Of a DNA stretch of 64,000 nt, positions 36,401 through 51,400 are shown piece by piece. The stretch is from Oopsacas minuta (taxonomy: Eukaryota > Animalia > Porifera). Position numbers and translations under genes: made by a program. The stretch covers positions 186,001 to 250,000 of the forward strand of contig JAKMXF010000324.1 of assembly GCA_024704765.1 (NCBI GenBank). The letters run 5' to 3'. The notes under the pieces were generated by a model. It did not search any database, was not told the origin of the DNA, and saw only the letters and a program-made list of their open reading frames with translations. How positions within the stretch are numbered: position 1 is the stretch's first letter; each line of letters begins with the position of its first letter.

Positions 36401-39400
36401 CGACACTCATCGGTTATTCAATGCAGGGACTTTGTAAGTTCGGTTTCTACGAAGTTTTCAAAATTTTCTACTCGGGATTACTTGGAGAGGAAAACACATA
36501 TCTCTGGAGAACTTCTCTCTATTTAGCTGCCAGTGCAAGCGCCGAGTTCTTCGCTGACATAGCTCTCGCCCCCATGGAAGCCGTTAAGGTCCGTATTCAG
36601 ACACAGCCCGGTTGGGCGAACACCTTACGAGAAGGGGTCCCTAAGCTGATGCAGGAGGAAGGAGTCTGGGGGTTATATAAAGGTATTGCGCCTCTTTGGA
36701 TGAGACAGATCCCATACACCATGATGAAATTCGCCGCGTTTGAACGAACAGTTGAGTTCCTTTACCGCTACGTTGTGCCTAAGCCTCGATCAGACTGTAG
36801 CAAGCCAGAGCAACTCGTTGTAACCTTCGCAGCTGGTTACATAGCTGGTGTATTTTGCGCTATAGTCTCTCACCCAGCTGATTCCGTCGTTTCTAAACTC
36901 AATTCTGACAAAGGGTCAACAGCTATGCAAGCTGCTAAGAAGCTTGGAATGCGTGGGCTATGGAAAGGCCTCGGGTTAAGAATCATTATGATAGGTACAC
37001 TGACTGCTCTCCAGTGGTTTATCTATGATTCTGTCAAAGTATATTTCAGATTACCCCGTCCACCTCCACCGACAATGCCAGAAAGTTTGAGACGAAAACT
37101 CGAAGCGAAGAAGGCGAAATAAACTACAGAACGTATACTAGACATAGGAAATAGGTTACACTGACTCTATCAGTCGTGTATGTAGTGTATTTATGAATTA
37201 TATTATCTCACTGTGTGTAGGTATATTGTTGTATTGTGTTAAAATATAGAGTAATACTTCTGGAAACGGAGTGAAAATAAATAGAGCAAATTCCTAGCAG
37301 AGGGACGAGGTATAATGTTTCGGCTTCACAGGCTCCCCGTTTGTGGTGGTAACACTATTATTGTTTGTATTTCTTAGAGAAATTTCCAAACTGAATTTGT
37401 CAGGTTTTATTAGTGAATGAGCTTCTTGATTACACACCGTATTAAGAACATATCTACATTTATATCCAAGATGTTCGGACAGCTTAAACGCGGAGAAGAG
37501 AATCGAAAGAGAACTCTGGAGCTAAAATCTAAAAGTATTTATACATCCACATCTAACACAAACAAACAAACATTCGCAGGTAAATACAAACAATTTGGAG
37601 GTACACAAACAAGTTCAATTGTATTCTCGTTGAAAGATGAAAACCAATTTATTGTTGAGGCCAAATTCAATGAGAATTTAATCGAAACTTTCAAAGTATC
37701 GCCTGTTTGGAGTTACGACCCTCTGACGAAGGCTTGGGTATTCCCTTTAGAATATTACAAACAATTAACCTCACGAATCGAGAAAAACTGTCCCGGTCTA
37801 ACTATAGAACACATTCCTTCTACAATATTCACAATATTAAAAGAGAAATATAATGACAACCTTTCGATAGATTCTACGGATATACCTAATGAGCTTAGGA
37901 CGTCATTGCTCCCATATCAGGTTGAAGGTGTTAAGTTTTGTATAGCTAGAAATGGTAGAGCGATTATAGCCGATGAGATGGGATTAGGGAAAACGATACA
38001 AGCGATCGCTGTCGCTTGTTATTTCCAGTTGAAATGGCCTTTGCTGATTATGTGTCCAAGTTCACTGCGTTTAGGATGGAAGGAACAGCTGATCAAATGG
38101 GTACCGTGGTTGGAAGACGATTCAATACACATTCCATTCTCTACCGCGGAGATTTCTACCAATTTAATGTCACAGCCTGTTACAATCCTTTCGTACGATT
38201 TGGTTGTCAAGTTAACTAATATTAAAATGAAGACTGATATCTGGAAATATTCAATACTAATAGCTGATGAATCACATTTTCTCAAAAATGCGAAAAGTGC
38301 CCGAACGAAAGCAGCCCTCCCCCTCTTAAAACAAGCGGACCATGTCCTCCTACTCACTGGTACCCCTGCCCTAAGTCGCCCCATGGAGCTGTACCCTCAA
38401 ATAACTGCCGTGGATAAGCAATTAAAAATGTCCAACTACCAATTTGCCAAGAGATACTGCGACGCGAAGGAAACCCCGTGGGGTTGGGATTATTCCGGGG
38501 CCAGTCGCCTCGCTGAACTACAAATATATTTAAATAAACGTGTTATGATTCGTAGAAGTAAATGCGAAGTTTTACAAAGTTTGCCATCAAAAACACGCAA
38601 AACAGTCCAACTCAAATTAGAAGAAATCAAGATTAAAGAACTCAAACAAAACGTTAGTGAATTAAGTAATAAGTCAAATGGGGATCGATACGGCTGTATG
38701 CTAGAGTTATTTGCTAAAACAGCACAAGCAAAAGCTCAATCCGTTTGTGAGTATTTAATCAAATTAATTGAAGATAGCGTTGAGTTAGAAAATGAGGAAT
38801 TATCAGATTCAAACGGAGAAGATGAAGAGATTCTTGTCAAACATAAACCGTTGAAAATTATTGTGTTTTTCCATCATAAATGCATGTTAGCGGAATTGGA
38901 GAAAGCTCTTACGTCACATAAGATTGGTTATATGAAGATTGAGGGAGCTACGGCTCCGTTAGCCAGGCAATCCGCTTGTGATCTCTTCCAACACGGTGAG
39001 GCTGCCTCATGTCGCATCGCTCTTCTCTCCCTCAAAGCTGCAGGAACGGGATTGACCCTGACTGCAGCAAAGATTGTATTGTTCGCTGAGTTATTCTGGA
39101 ATCCTGGTGATCTCCGGCAAGCAGAAGACCGTGCTCACCGTCTCGGGCAGGACCAAGATGTTGAAATACAATACTTAGTTGGTAAGGGTACGATTGATGA
39201 TAAAATATGGCCGCTTCTACAAAGGAAACTCGAAGTCCTTAGCCAAGCAGGATTAGCTAATAATACGAAAACAGATTCTTTCGCTACGAGCTCAGTTCTA
39301 AACGAACTTTTTAATTCACAAGAAAATGCTATTACAACTTCTCAAACACAGCAAAGATCGATGACCGATTTTATAGTTTCTTCGCCAAAAAGATTGAAAA

Positions 39401-42400
39401 CTGAAATTGAAGATACGACTTTAGGAGAACTTGAGAATTTAGATACAGAACAAGTTAACGATCTTCTAGACGGAGATTGGAGCGATTAGTTTACCATGGT
39501 CGTTTATTATTATAATTGATTTACAAAGGTGTCTAGCTTGCTTGTTTTTATAGCCCAGCAGACACTATATGCAAAATTATATTTCCCATTCGATTGTTAA
39601 GAAATGTGAATTCCAAACTCAGGCAAAACTTCACATTAATGTATATTACCTTTTTCCGCGTAAGTTCGTTTCTCAGACTATTCTCTATATACAACCTCTC
39701 TTTCTGTGATATCCTAGGATTATTAGAAGGCTTATCAAAAGCATACAGCGTCCAGAATATGAACCAAATCGTCCCTCCAACACCTACAAACATTATATAT
39801 TAATTAAGCACTGTTTAGATAACTACATGCACTTACCAAATGTGTAGAATACCCAAGACCATCCTAGGTATTGACAGATAACACCTGATACTGGAAATGC
39901 TATTATGTTACCGAGTTGAATACCTGCAATAGATATTAATAACAATTCCGATTTTTAGTTAATTCTGCCAACAATTTCCGGTCGTCTGGCATATGAATAT
40001 ACACTCATCTCCTGTCATATCGAAGCTCAAGGGGCCGCGATAATTACTTCGATATATCCGTGTTCGATATAACTGGAGTTGACTGTAGTAAGAATGAATT
40101 AACAAATTGGAAACTAACTCACCCATATATGAGAAAGACAGTAATCTGCTCCTCTCTGCAGGGGGTGCCCAGCTACCCCATACAGCTAGCAGAGAAGGGA
40201 ATGTTACTCCCTACTATAGGAAAACGCAATAGCGAAGAGAATATTAATACAAACAAAATCAATGCCTTATTAATGAAAATCGTACAGATTTCAACAGCCC
40301 CTTCGTGTCTATATGGTATAGGTACAGTTGACTCCATTTATAGGCTCACACGGGACAAGGACATTTTGACCCGATTGTATCGTAATATTTACTAATAAAA
40401 ATGACAAATATTAGCAATTTCTAATGTCAGAAGTAACAGAACAGCAAGAAACAGGCTATATCCATATCCAAGAATTACTAGATCTTGAATTAGTCCCAAA
40501 TACTACTGAGGATGACTATTCAGACGATGATTATCTACAATATATTCTAGACACAGATGGATGTAATACACAATTATGTGATGTGGAACTAACACCTGAA
40601 GGGGAAATTCCTTTAGAATTGTGGAGTGAATGTTTTAAGTGTTTGTTTAGTGGGCAATGGTGGTCAATTATCGTTCTTCTTAAGGTGATGGGAGTACTAA
40701 AACCTAGTGAAAAACTAGCAAAAGATCTCCTGGATGTTATCAAAGCTAAAGTTGAAATGGTATTGAAAGAAAGCAAGGATGATACAGAAAGTGAAAGCGA
40801 AAGTTTTTCAAGCTCGAGTTTAGAAGACAGTGATTCGAGTGATTTTACAGATTAGATAGAAACCGGAGAACCGCCGAATGACAGTTTTACTTTTACAAAA
40901 TATTTTGTTAATCACGATATTTTGAGTTTTAACTTACCATTTTTCACACTTGTTAATATTATCATTTATATTTCTATCTTTTCAGCTCATTGGAAACTTC
41001 CCTTGCAGGGGTTTCTCTCGGTGTTTGGAAGGCACGTCAAGGTGTTAGTTCCGCAGCCATGAACGATACAGAGCCGACCATGAGACTCAAATTAGTACAT
41101 GATCAATATGCTACCGTCCAAATAAGGTGTATACCAGGGTGGCCCCTGCAAGAAAAATTACCGGTTCCCTTGGTGTAGATTATTGTCATACTTCATCAAA
41201 ATATTCACTCATAATTTTAGTAATACTCTAATGTCAGAACAACAAGAAGTGACAACCATCCATGACATACCAGAAACAGATCTTATCGATTTAAATTCTA
41301 CATCCTCTGAAAGCGAATACGAAGATGATGACGTCTCAGATGATCCACAGGTAATTCTCGACAAAGCAGGTTGTACTACACAATTATCGAATCTGCAACT
41401 ATCACCTGAAGGAGATATTCCATTAGAATTGTTAACTGAATGCGTACAATGTTTGTTATATGACAAATACTGGCCTGCATTGATTCTGTGTAAAGCAATG
41501 TCATTGCTAAAACCTGGAAATCAATTGTCAAATCATCTACTGGAAGCTATCACCGCTAAGATTGATATAGACTCAAAACAGTGCGATGATGATTCAGAAA
41601 CCTGTGAAAGTGAAAGCGAAAGCGAAAGCGAAAGTGAAACATCAAACTCGAGTATAGAAGACACCGAATCGAGTGATTCAACAGAAAGCGAAACCGAAAT
41701 GCCGCCGAACGAAAATATCCATTCTTGTCCAGCGTGTACTCACTGAATTAAGTAATTAAATGTTTGTTAATTGCGACACTGAGCCACAAATCTCACACTT
41801 ATTATTCATATAATTAATCTCTCATTCCTTTGACTTGATTTGTTATTTTTTAACAAATATTATTAATATGAATTCGAACCTATTTTATGTACACTAATCA
41901 ATAGTGTGATAATCTGTTTATCGTCTTTATATTCATACAAAATGTGTAAATACAATTCTCATAAGAATATTTGAATTGTTAAGCGTTACCATGAATAGTA
42001 GCCAGGGTGATTATTCATGGGAAACAATCACATACTACACACATCATAAATCATAGCATTCTATACAAAGCGTTTCGATACATCCGCGTTTGACATAACG
42101 GGAGTTCATTGTATGTCAAGTTTGGTTATCATAGTTACCACAAATTGTATAAAGATTGTTCTTACCTCTCCTATTCCCTCCATTACTCTGACAGCTACTA
42201 GACACCACACATTAATCCTGGCTACCAGAGGAGTGATTAGTGTGAGTATAACTGTAACGAATATCCCCAGTCCGAACACCCATTTCCCTCCGAAATATGT
42301 CGATAACCAGCCCCCAGGTATCTGTGTGAGTAAATAGCCGTAGAAGAAGGCAGCTAGTACCCAACCTATATTACCATATATGGAATTAGATAATATGTGG

Positions 42401-45400
42401 ATAGTTTTTTCTTAGTTTCATTCTGGAAATATTCTCCTACCTTGTTCTTCATCACTCCAGTTAAAATCTCCCTAAATACAAGAATAAATATAGAAATACG
42501 AAGTGGATTCCCTCGATAATCTAATATACAAACTCATGGATAATATCTGCTTCTTATGACTTATATTAATTTATTCACACTGTAGCTAGATGTACTCAGA
42601 ACCTAGAGTCTTGAGTAAGGTACCAGAGGCTTCAGGGCTCTCCCCTCTGGACCCCTCACTCCCTAAAATAGACCCACAAGCACTACGAGCTAAGAACTAC
42701 CCTACCCCTGGTATTTACGCTATTGAGCCAGGCTCATATATGGATTTTTCTCCTCTACGTGCTAATACCACAGTAGCTAATGGAGCTATGACGTCACGTA
42801 TACATACAGGGGAACCTATACCAGCTCTCGCCGCATACCAGAAGATGAATAAGAAAGGTAGTCCTGTGTTTACAATCATTCTCTATGTCTTAACTTAAAT
42901 ACATTTCTGCATAGCTAAAATGACCCGCGGTAACTAATGTATAATTCAGTCAACTTCCTAATTGTGAATTTTATCATGTTTTTATTGCAAAACCATAAGA
43001 TAGCAATCTTACATTTATTGAAATCAAAAATTATTTATTTATCAATTATTTTTGTTTATTTAGTTATATCTCAAGAAAGTGTCACTAGTCGTTCCCAAAT
43101 CAAACCTCAGCCAAACAAAGGACAAATCTCTAAACCAAATGTAGTAGCTCCTCTTCCTAAATCTACAAACACCTCAACTCTACCCCAGCTGCCCCCTACT
43201 CTAATTCTTCACCAAAGGAATTTCTCCACTAAAATCCCCTCTCCACCTGTCTCACGGAAACTGCAATCCCAGAACAGGAAGAAAACCGTCAGTCGGGGGA
43301 AGCGACGCGATGAATCGACAATTGACCGTCCAATAGATAACGTCATGGAACAGCTTACCAAGATTGAAGATCCGTTAAAACTTGTTGAACTACTTGTAGG
43401 ACGAGAAGATTTAGGGTTCTTCTACATGGCAACGAGGAATAAGAATAGGAATGTAAACCGTAGCGTAAACCCGTATAACCTAAGGATTGTCTCCTGGGAG
43501 AATGTTGACCATGCGGACTACAGGACTATCAGCTCAAAAGGTGTGACACAATTCCGGGAAGGTGAGGAAATGGATTTCACACCTCTGGCCGACTGGAAGA
43601 GAGAATATTACAACTATCATCATCTCATAAACATCAAAATATTCTCGAAATTCCAACTCTGGAAAGCATTTTCAACTTGGCGTAGAAATGTCCGTCGCGG
43701 CATAATTCACCATCGAAAGAAATCTCTACAAGACAAATTGTTTTTCTTGAATCCTGACTTGTCACCTGCCCTGTTGACAGTATCTAATGAGTGTCATGCC
43801 ATTTGTAAAACACAAAACTTAAGTTGCTGGCAAGAAAATAAAATTTACTCCAAACAAGCTTTCTTGGATGAACAATATCAACAAATGAGTCAGGTTTCAT
43901 TCACACTTGCCAAATTTCGCGAGGCAATCAAATTCTTTGTCATAAAAGCATGTCAACGCGTGCTGCTACGAAACATGTTTATACCAGATGAAGTATTTCG
44001 CGTTACTCCACCAGAGTTAACAGGATTGTCAGAGGAAGTTCTGAATATCTACGAGACAGGACTACAAAAACAGGAGTACTGTGGTCCCCCAGAGGAGCGT
44101 AACGCACCTCTGGACATCCAAGAGAAGAGTTTGTACACTGAGCAAGCAGCTAAACGTGTTCTCTGTCACCGTCTGTCTAGATTTGTCCGTTTGACAGACT
44201 ACATGATTCTTAGTGCGTTACACGGTCTATCATTCAACTCCCTTAATAGTTTACTGTGTATGCTTAATGACTGTGTTTTATTGGCTTTCACACCCAAGGA
44301 TTTGATGGCTGAATTATCCGAGAGATTGAGACAGGAGAGGGAGAGAAGGGAACTGGGGGAGACAGCTGAGGAGGAGGAGGATGTCATTGAGGCTGACACC
44401 TCGGTGAAGCCAGTTTTCAAAACTTCTCTCCGTCTAGAGGGTTCAACTCTCTTCTCTGACCCCCCTGTCGACGAATTCCAACAGCTGATTGAGGAAATAG
44501 GTCAAAGATTTAAAGACAGTGTCCTCGCAATGCCTCGGTTAATAATTGATCGCATATTCGTGTCATACGTGCGACCGATTATTAACAAACGTCGCGAAGA
44601 GGGACCGCCAGATCCTCCTAGCCTCGAAATAATCTTAGAGGATGATCCAAAGATAGAAGAGCTTTTGATTCGTATGCGTGACACGATGGGACAAGCTTTT
44701 GAGAAAGTCCATGAGTACGCCAGGATGTGGGAACCTTTTAGAGTATATTTTGAAGAGAACCAAAAAATGGATTTGAAACAATTGGCGGAAGAGGAACATG
44801 ATGTAGAGTTTTTCGCTACCTCCCTTGAGAAATATGATAGACAGTACTATCTAGCTGAGAAATGCCCTGAGAAAATGACTGTTGGAGCATTTATGGTTGA
44901 TACGAGAGAGCTTAAGAAGCAGCTGAAGCCTTCCACAATGCGTTGTCTGGAGGTTATACACCAAATTCTACCTAAAATGGCTAAAGAGCGATTGGATCAT
45001 CTGATTGAGTTTGCTCAAGATGCAAACGCAAGACTAGTCAATGTACCTTCCACTACGAAAGAGTATGTTGAGAATATATCTTTCATAAACAGTGTACAAC
45101 TTCAAATGACCTCAATTGATGACGATACGCTGGTTGTACGGGAGTTGTATGATTTAATCCAGAGATTCGTAGTACCGTGTGACGCGGAGGATATGGCAAC
45201 TTATATGACACTGGAACCAGGCATGGCCAGTCTCAGGACAACGATTGATAAATCTGTTAGCGAGTTGGAGAAGAAGAAAAATGAGTTTAGAACCTATCTT
45301 GAAAACGATATCACTGAGTTGGGGAAAGAAGTCCGCGAAGTGAAGAGGAAAGCTGACCAACCGATGATTTTGGACCCCAACTCGGAACCGCAAGAGATTA

Positions 45401-48400
45401 CACTTTGTCTATCTAATCTACAACAGAGAATGGACTCCCTCAATGACATGGCCCAGGAGTATAGAAGTTATCAGAAGAAGTTCCAGATGGAACTAACTCG
45501 TTTCGACGAGCTCGAGGAGACCCATGCAGAACTGAAACTGAAACATACTCTATGGAATGTGCAAAGTGAGTTTGATACCGTCAGCGAGGAGTGGGGACAA
45601 ACTAAATTATGTGACATACAACCTGATACTATGTCGTCACAGGTTACCCGGTATGTCAAGACAACGTTCCAATTAGACAAGGGTCTACCTCCGAATCAAA
45701 TCGTCCCTCAGTTGAAAGCGAAAGTCAGTCGGATGAAAGACAAAATGCCAACCATAACCGACTTATGTAATCCTAATTTAAAACAGAGACACTGGGCACA
45801 ACTTTCAGCCCTTGTCAACAAAGAAATGAAACCCGATCTCTTAACAATTCAAGACTTAGATGAGATGGCTATATTCGGTATTGCAGAACAAGTCCAGGAA
45901 ATATCTGGGCAAGCTTCCTCAGAAGCTAATCTATCAAATATGCTACAAATGGTCGAAGATACATGGAAGAAAACCGAATTTTTCGTCTTGAATCATCGTG
46001 ACACAAAAGATGTATTTATACTCGGTGGGACTGAGGATGTACAGATCGCGTTAGATGATAGTTTAGTTCAGATTAGTACGATTCTAGGTTCAAGGCATGT
46101 GGGGCCGATTAAACCAAAGGTTGAGGATATGCACAATCAGCTGATTTTGTTCTCAGAGACTTTGGATGCTTGGTTGGACTGTCAGCATCAATGGCTGTAT
46201 CTGGAGAGTATATTCACTGCCCCTGATATTCAAAGACAGTTGCCGGAAGAAGCGAAAGACTTTGCGACGGTTGACAAATCTTGGAAAGAGATTATGCGAG
46301 ACGTTAAGAAACTTCCTAAAGCACTTCGTGCCTGTACAGCTCCTGGAAGACTCGAGGCATTCCAACAGAACAACCAGTTGCTAGAGAAGATACAAAAATG
46401 TTTGGAGGAATATTTGGAGACGAAAAGACTGTCTTTCCCAAGATTTTACTTCCTTTCAAACGACGAACTACTCGAAATCCTCTCTCAAACAAGAAATCCA
46501 CAAGCAGTCCAACCTCATTTACGCAAATGTTTCGATGCCATTTCGAAGTTAGATTTCGCAAAGACGAAGAACGAAATGGGAGAGGAAGTATTCACAACAG
46601 ATATTCTAGCAATGCTATCCCCTGAGGGAGAGCGTGTCCCCTCACGAAGGGCCTAAAGGCTCGAGGCAATGTGGAGTCCTGGCTAAACCATGTTGAAGAG
46701 AGTATGATGAAATCTCTGTATAGAATTACCAAAGCAGCATTGCAGGATTTTCAACAGAAAGCTCGTCACGATTGGTGCATACTCCATCCGAGTCAAATCG
46801 TACTCACAGTCTCACAGGTAATGTGGGCACAAGACATCACTGAGGCTCTGATGGATAAAGACGATCCAATAAGTAAAGTTAAACAATGCGAAGAACAGTG
46901 CTATGCAAATCTTACCAAACTAGCTACAATGGTTAGAGGCAACCTCTCAAAGCTAAGTCGCAACCTCGTCACTACATTAATCACACTTGACGTACACTCC
47001 CGTGATATCGTATCGGAGATGCGAGTGAATGAGACGAAAGGAGTGACGGACTTCGGTTGGGTTAAGAACCTACGTTACTACTGGGAGGCAGATGAAGATG
47101 ATTGCATTGTCCGCATGTCGAATTCTAACTATCTATACGGGTATGAGTATTTAGGTGCATGTTCTAGGTTAGTTGTCACACCTCTTACTGATAGGTGTTA
47201 TCTCTGTCTTATGGGAGCTCTCCAGTTGGATTTAGGGGGTGCGCCGGCTGGTCCCGCGGGTACAGGGAAAACTGAGACAGTTAAGGATCTCGCCAAAGGC
47301 CTCGCTAAGCAGTGTGTCGTGTTCAACTGTTCGGAAGGTTTGGATTTCAAAATGATGGGTCGCTTTTTCTCTGGACTAGCACAGTCGGGTGCTTGGTGCT
47401 GCTTCGATGAGTTTAATAGGATTGATATAGAAGTGTTGTCTGTAATAGCGCAACAAATACTCACAATTCGTAACGCGAAATCGCATAAATTAGAGAAATT
47501 CTTGTTCGAAGGCCGCGAGATAAAACTCAACAGAACCTGTTCCGTTTTTATCACCATGAATCCCGGTTATGCCGGTCGTACTGAGTTACCGGATAACTTG
47601 AAAGCACTTTTCCGTCCGTTCGCCATGATGGTGCCCGACTATGCCCTGATTGCTGAAGTTATATTATACTCAGAAGGTTTCGAGTCAAGCAAGGGCCTCG
47701 CACAGAAAATGGTACAAATGTACAAGCTATGTTCTGAGCAGTTATCCCAGCAATCACATTATGACTTTGGCATGCGAGCTGTAAAATCTGTTCTTGTAAT
47801 GGCCGGTGCCTTGAAGAGAGAAAATCCCGATAAACACGAAGATGTAGTGTTAATCCGCGCACTGAGAGATTCTAATCTGCCAAAATTCCTTAAACAAGAT
47901 GCTATATTATTCAAAGCTATTCTCCAGGACTTATTCCCAGGGATTGTACTTCCTGAACACGATTATGGTAAGTTCCAAACTGCAATACAGGATTGTCTAA
48001 AGTTGAATGGATTCCAAGTCCAGGCGAATTTGATAAAGAAAATAATACAGTTGCATGAGACTATGATCGTACGTCACGGCGTTATGTTAGTGGGGCCTAC
48101 TGGCGGGGGTAAAACCACATGCTATCGCACCCTCAAGGAGACCCTCGGGAAAATGAAAGAGGTTGAAGTCAGTCCATATTACCAGAAGGTCCGCACAGAT
48201 GTTTTGAACCCAAAAGCTGTGGCCATGGGTGAATTGTACGGTGAAGTTAATAAGTTGACTCTAGAATGGCAGGATGGTTTGATGGCTGTCTGCGTGAGAG
48301 AAGCCGTCAAAGATACGACAGAGGATCAAAAATGGATTGTATGCGATGGCCCTGTTGACGCTTTGTGGATAGAGAACATGAATACTGTATTGGATGATAA

Positions 48401-51400
48401 TAAAATGTTATGTCTAGCAAACTCTGAGCGAATAAAACTTAATCCAACTATTCACATGTTATTTGAGGTCCAGGATTTAGCTGTAGCAAGCCCAGCAACG
48501 GTTAGTAGATGTGGAATGGTGTATATTGACCCTGAAGAGCTGGGGTGGCGTCCATTCGTGAGATCTTGGATCATGGAGAGGTTATCTTCCTCAATGAAAG
48601 ACGCAACTAAAGAATATCTCTTCAATTTATTTGATAATTACATTGATCCCGGTCTAAAGTTCGTTAGGAAAATGTGTCTGCAGGTGATCGACCAAGTTGA
48701 TATGGGGAAGGTGACGGGTCTCTGTGCTCTCCTTGAGGTGTTACTATTAGATACCATCGAAGCGAGACACGAGGCCAGAGATAAAAAGATCCAACCTGGG
48801 GTAGACATGTCAGAGGACCCGGTAAAATTGCATCCACTAATCGCATCACTATTCATATTCTGCTATACCTGGAATATAGCTGGGAACGTCACACAAAAAA
48901 CTATGGAGAATTGGGACGGATTTGTTCGTGAGAATTTCTCTGATCTAACCGAGGCCAGATTACCTCCTTCAGGCGATATGTTTGAATATTACGTAGACAT
49001 GGAATCGAGACGATTTGAAAAATGGGAACATATTCTGCCCGAGTTCAAATACGATCGAGAAGTTCCTTATTTCGATATTTTAGTGCCGACGATTGACACA
49101 GTGCGTTACGGGTTCTTAATGGGGAAATTGTTAGGTCAGAGACGGTCTGTGTTATTCACAGGGGAAACTGGGGTGGGTAAGAGTGTTATAGCTAAGGGAC
49201 AGCTTCTGGAAATGCAGGAGAAAGGGTTCTACCTTCCTGTCACTTTAAACTTCTCAGCTCAAACTTCCTCAAAACGTACACAAGAAATAATTGAAAGCAA
49301 ACTTGAGAAAAAACGCAAAACAATATTAGGTGCGCCAGCTGGAAAACATATTGTCATATTTGTGGATGATATGAATATGCCGAAACTTGACCGTTACGGT
49401 TCTCAGCCGCCAATCGAACTCTTACGGCAGTACATGGACTTCAGTGGATTCTACGATCGAGAAAAGTTGTTTTGGAAGGAAATCCGTGACGTTACGATTT
49501 CAGCAGCATGTGGCCCTCCAAGTGGTGGCCGTAATCCCGTTACCCCGCGGATTATGCGGCATTTCACAATGTTCGCATTGCCGAGTCCGTCTGATATTTC
49601 CCAGAAAGGAATATTTAGTGCTATTGTCACTGGATTCCTGGAAGATTTCACCGCCGAAGTTAAAGAAATGTCCGATTCTATTGTCAATGCTTCTATTGAG
49701 ATATACGCACGTATAAGTACAGATCTACTACCCACGCCAGATAAGAGTCATTACACATTCAATCTAAGAGATTTATCCAAATGCATACAGGGGATACTTC
49801 AAGCCGACCCGAGCATTATTAGAGACAAGAATCAAATGTTTCGTTTGTTCATGCACGAATCTATGCGAGCTTTTCACGATCGGTTGATCAATAAGACTGA
49901 TAAGGGATATTTCTATAATATTCTCTCTGAGATTAGTTTGAAGTATTTCAGTAAAGACGTGGCCCCAGAAAAACTAGAAAACGAACCGATTTTATTTGGA
50001 GATTTTATGAAGATGGGTGCTCCTCCTTCAGATAGAATTTATGAGGATTTGATGGACGTTAGAAAGGTAAGGAATGTTTTAGGCGACTATCTTGACGACT
50101 TTAACATGAACAGCACGAAGGAAATGAATTTAGTTTTCTTTATGGACGCGACTGAACACGTTTCAAGGATCGCTCGTATGGTGCGACAGCCACGAGGTAA
50201 CGCATTGTTAGTAGGGGTAGGAGGCACTGGAAAGCAGAGTCTAACACGACTCGCTGCGCACATGAACGGTTATAAATGCTTCCAAATTGAACTGACTCGT
50301 GGCTACAATTACGAATCATTTCGCGAAGATTTACGGCGATTATACAACATAGCAGGTGTTGAGAACCAAGACACAGTATTCCTGTTTACAGACACTCAAA
50401 TAGTTGTTGAAGAATTCCTTGAGGACATCAATAATATGCTCAATTCTGGAGAAGTACCAAATTTATTCGACGCGGAGGAGTATGAGAAGATAATCAACGC
50501 CACACGGCCTTTTGCGAAAGAAGTAGGCATTCCAGAGGGTGACAGAGATGGAATTTATAACTATTTCATCAGTAGAGTACAGGATAGATTGCATATAGTT
50601 ATTTGTATGAGTCCTGTGGGTGACATGTTCCGCTCAAGGTGTCGAATGTTCCCCTCACTTGTGAATTGCTGTACAATCGATTGGTTCACTGAATGGCCAA
50701 GAGAAGCTCTACTGTCTGTCGCGAAAAATCTTTTCGAAGAGGTTGAGACAATAGAAGAGGCTTTGAAGGTAAAAATTGCTAGAATGTGTGTAGAAATACA
50801 CACGAGCGTTAGTACTATGGCAGAACGTTTCTTCGCAGAGCTCCGTAGACGCTACTACACAACACCTACTTCCTATCTGGAACTGATCACGCTCTATTTA
50901 CAAATGTTAGATGAAAAGAGAAAACAGCTCACTATTTCTAGAGATCGTGTTGCGAATGGCTTGAAGAAACTGGAAGAAACCAATACTGTGGTTGATGATA
51001 TGCAGAAGGAGTTGACTGAGCTAGAGCCACAACTTAAGAAACAATCTGAAGAGACTGCTGCGCTTATGGAGACTCTAGAAGCTGACCAGAAGGAAGCGGA
51101 TAGAGTAAGGAAGATAGTTGTTAAGGACCAGGCTAGCGCTCAGATAAAAACGGAGGAAACTCAGGCAATAGCTGCTGATGCTCAGAAAGATTTAGATATT
51201 GCCCTACCTGCGTTAGAGAACGCCAATAAAGCACTTAATTCTTTAGAGAAAAGCGATATTTCGGAGGTGAGAACTTTCGCAAAACCTCCTCCAATGGTTT
51301 TAACCGTTATGGAGTCTGTGTGCATTCTCTTTGGACAGCGTCCAGACTGGAGTACTGGTAAAACTTTACTGACAGATCCCAATTTTATCAAACGTCTATT

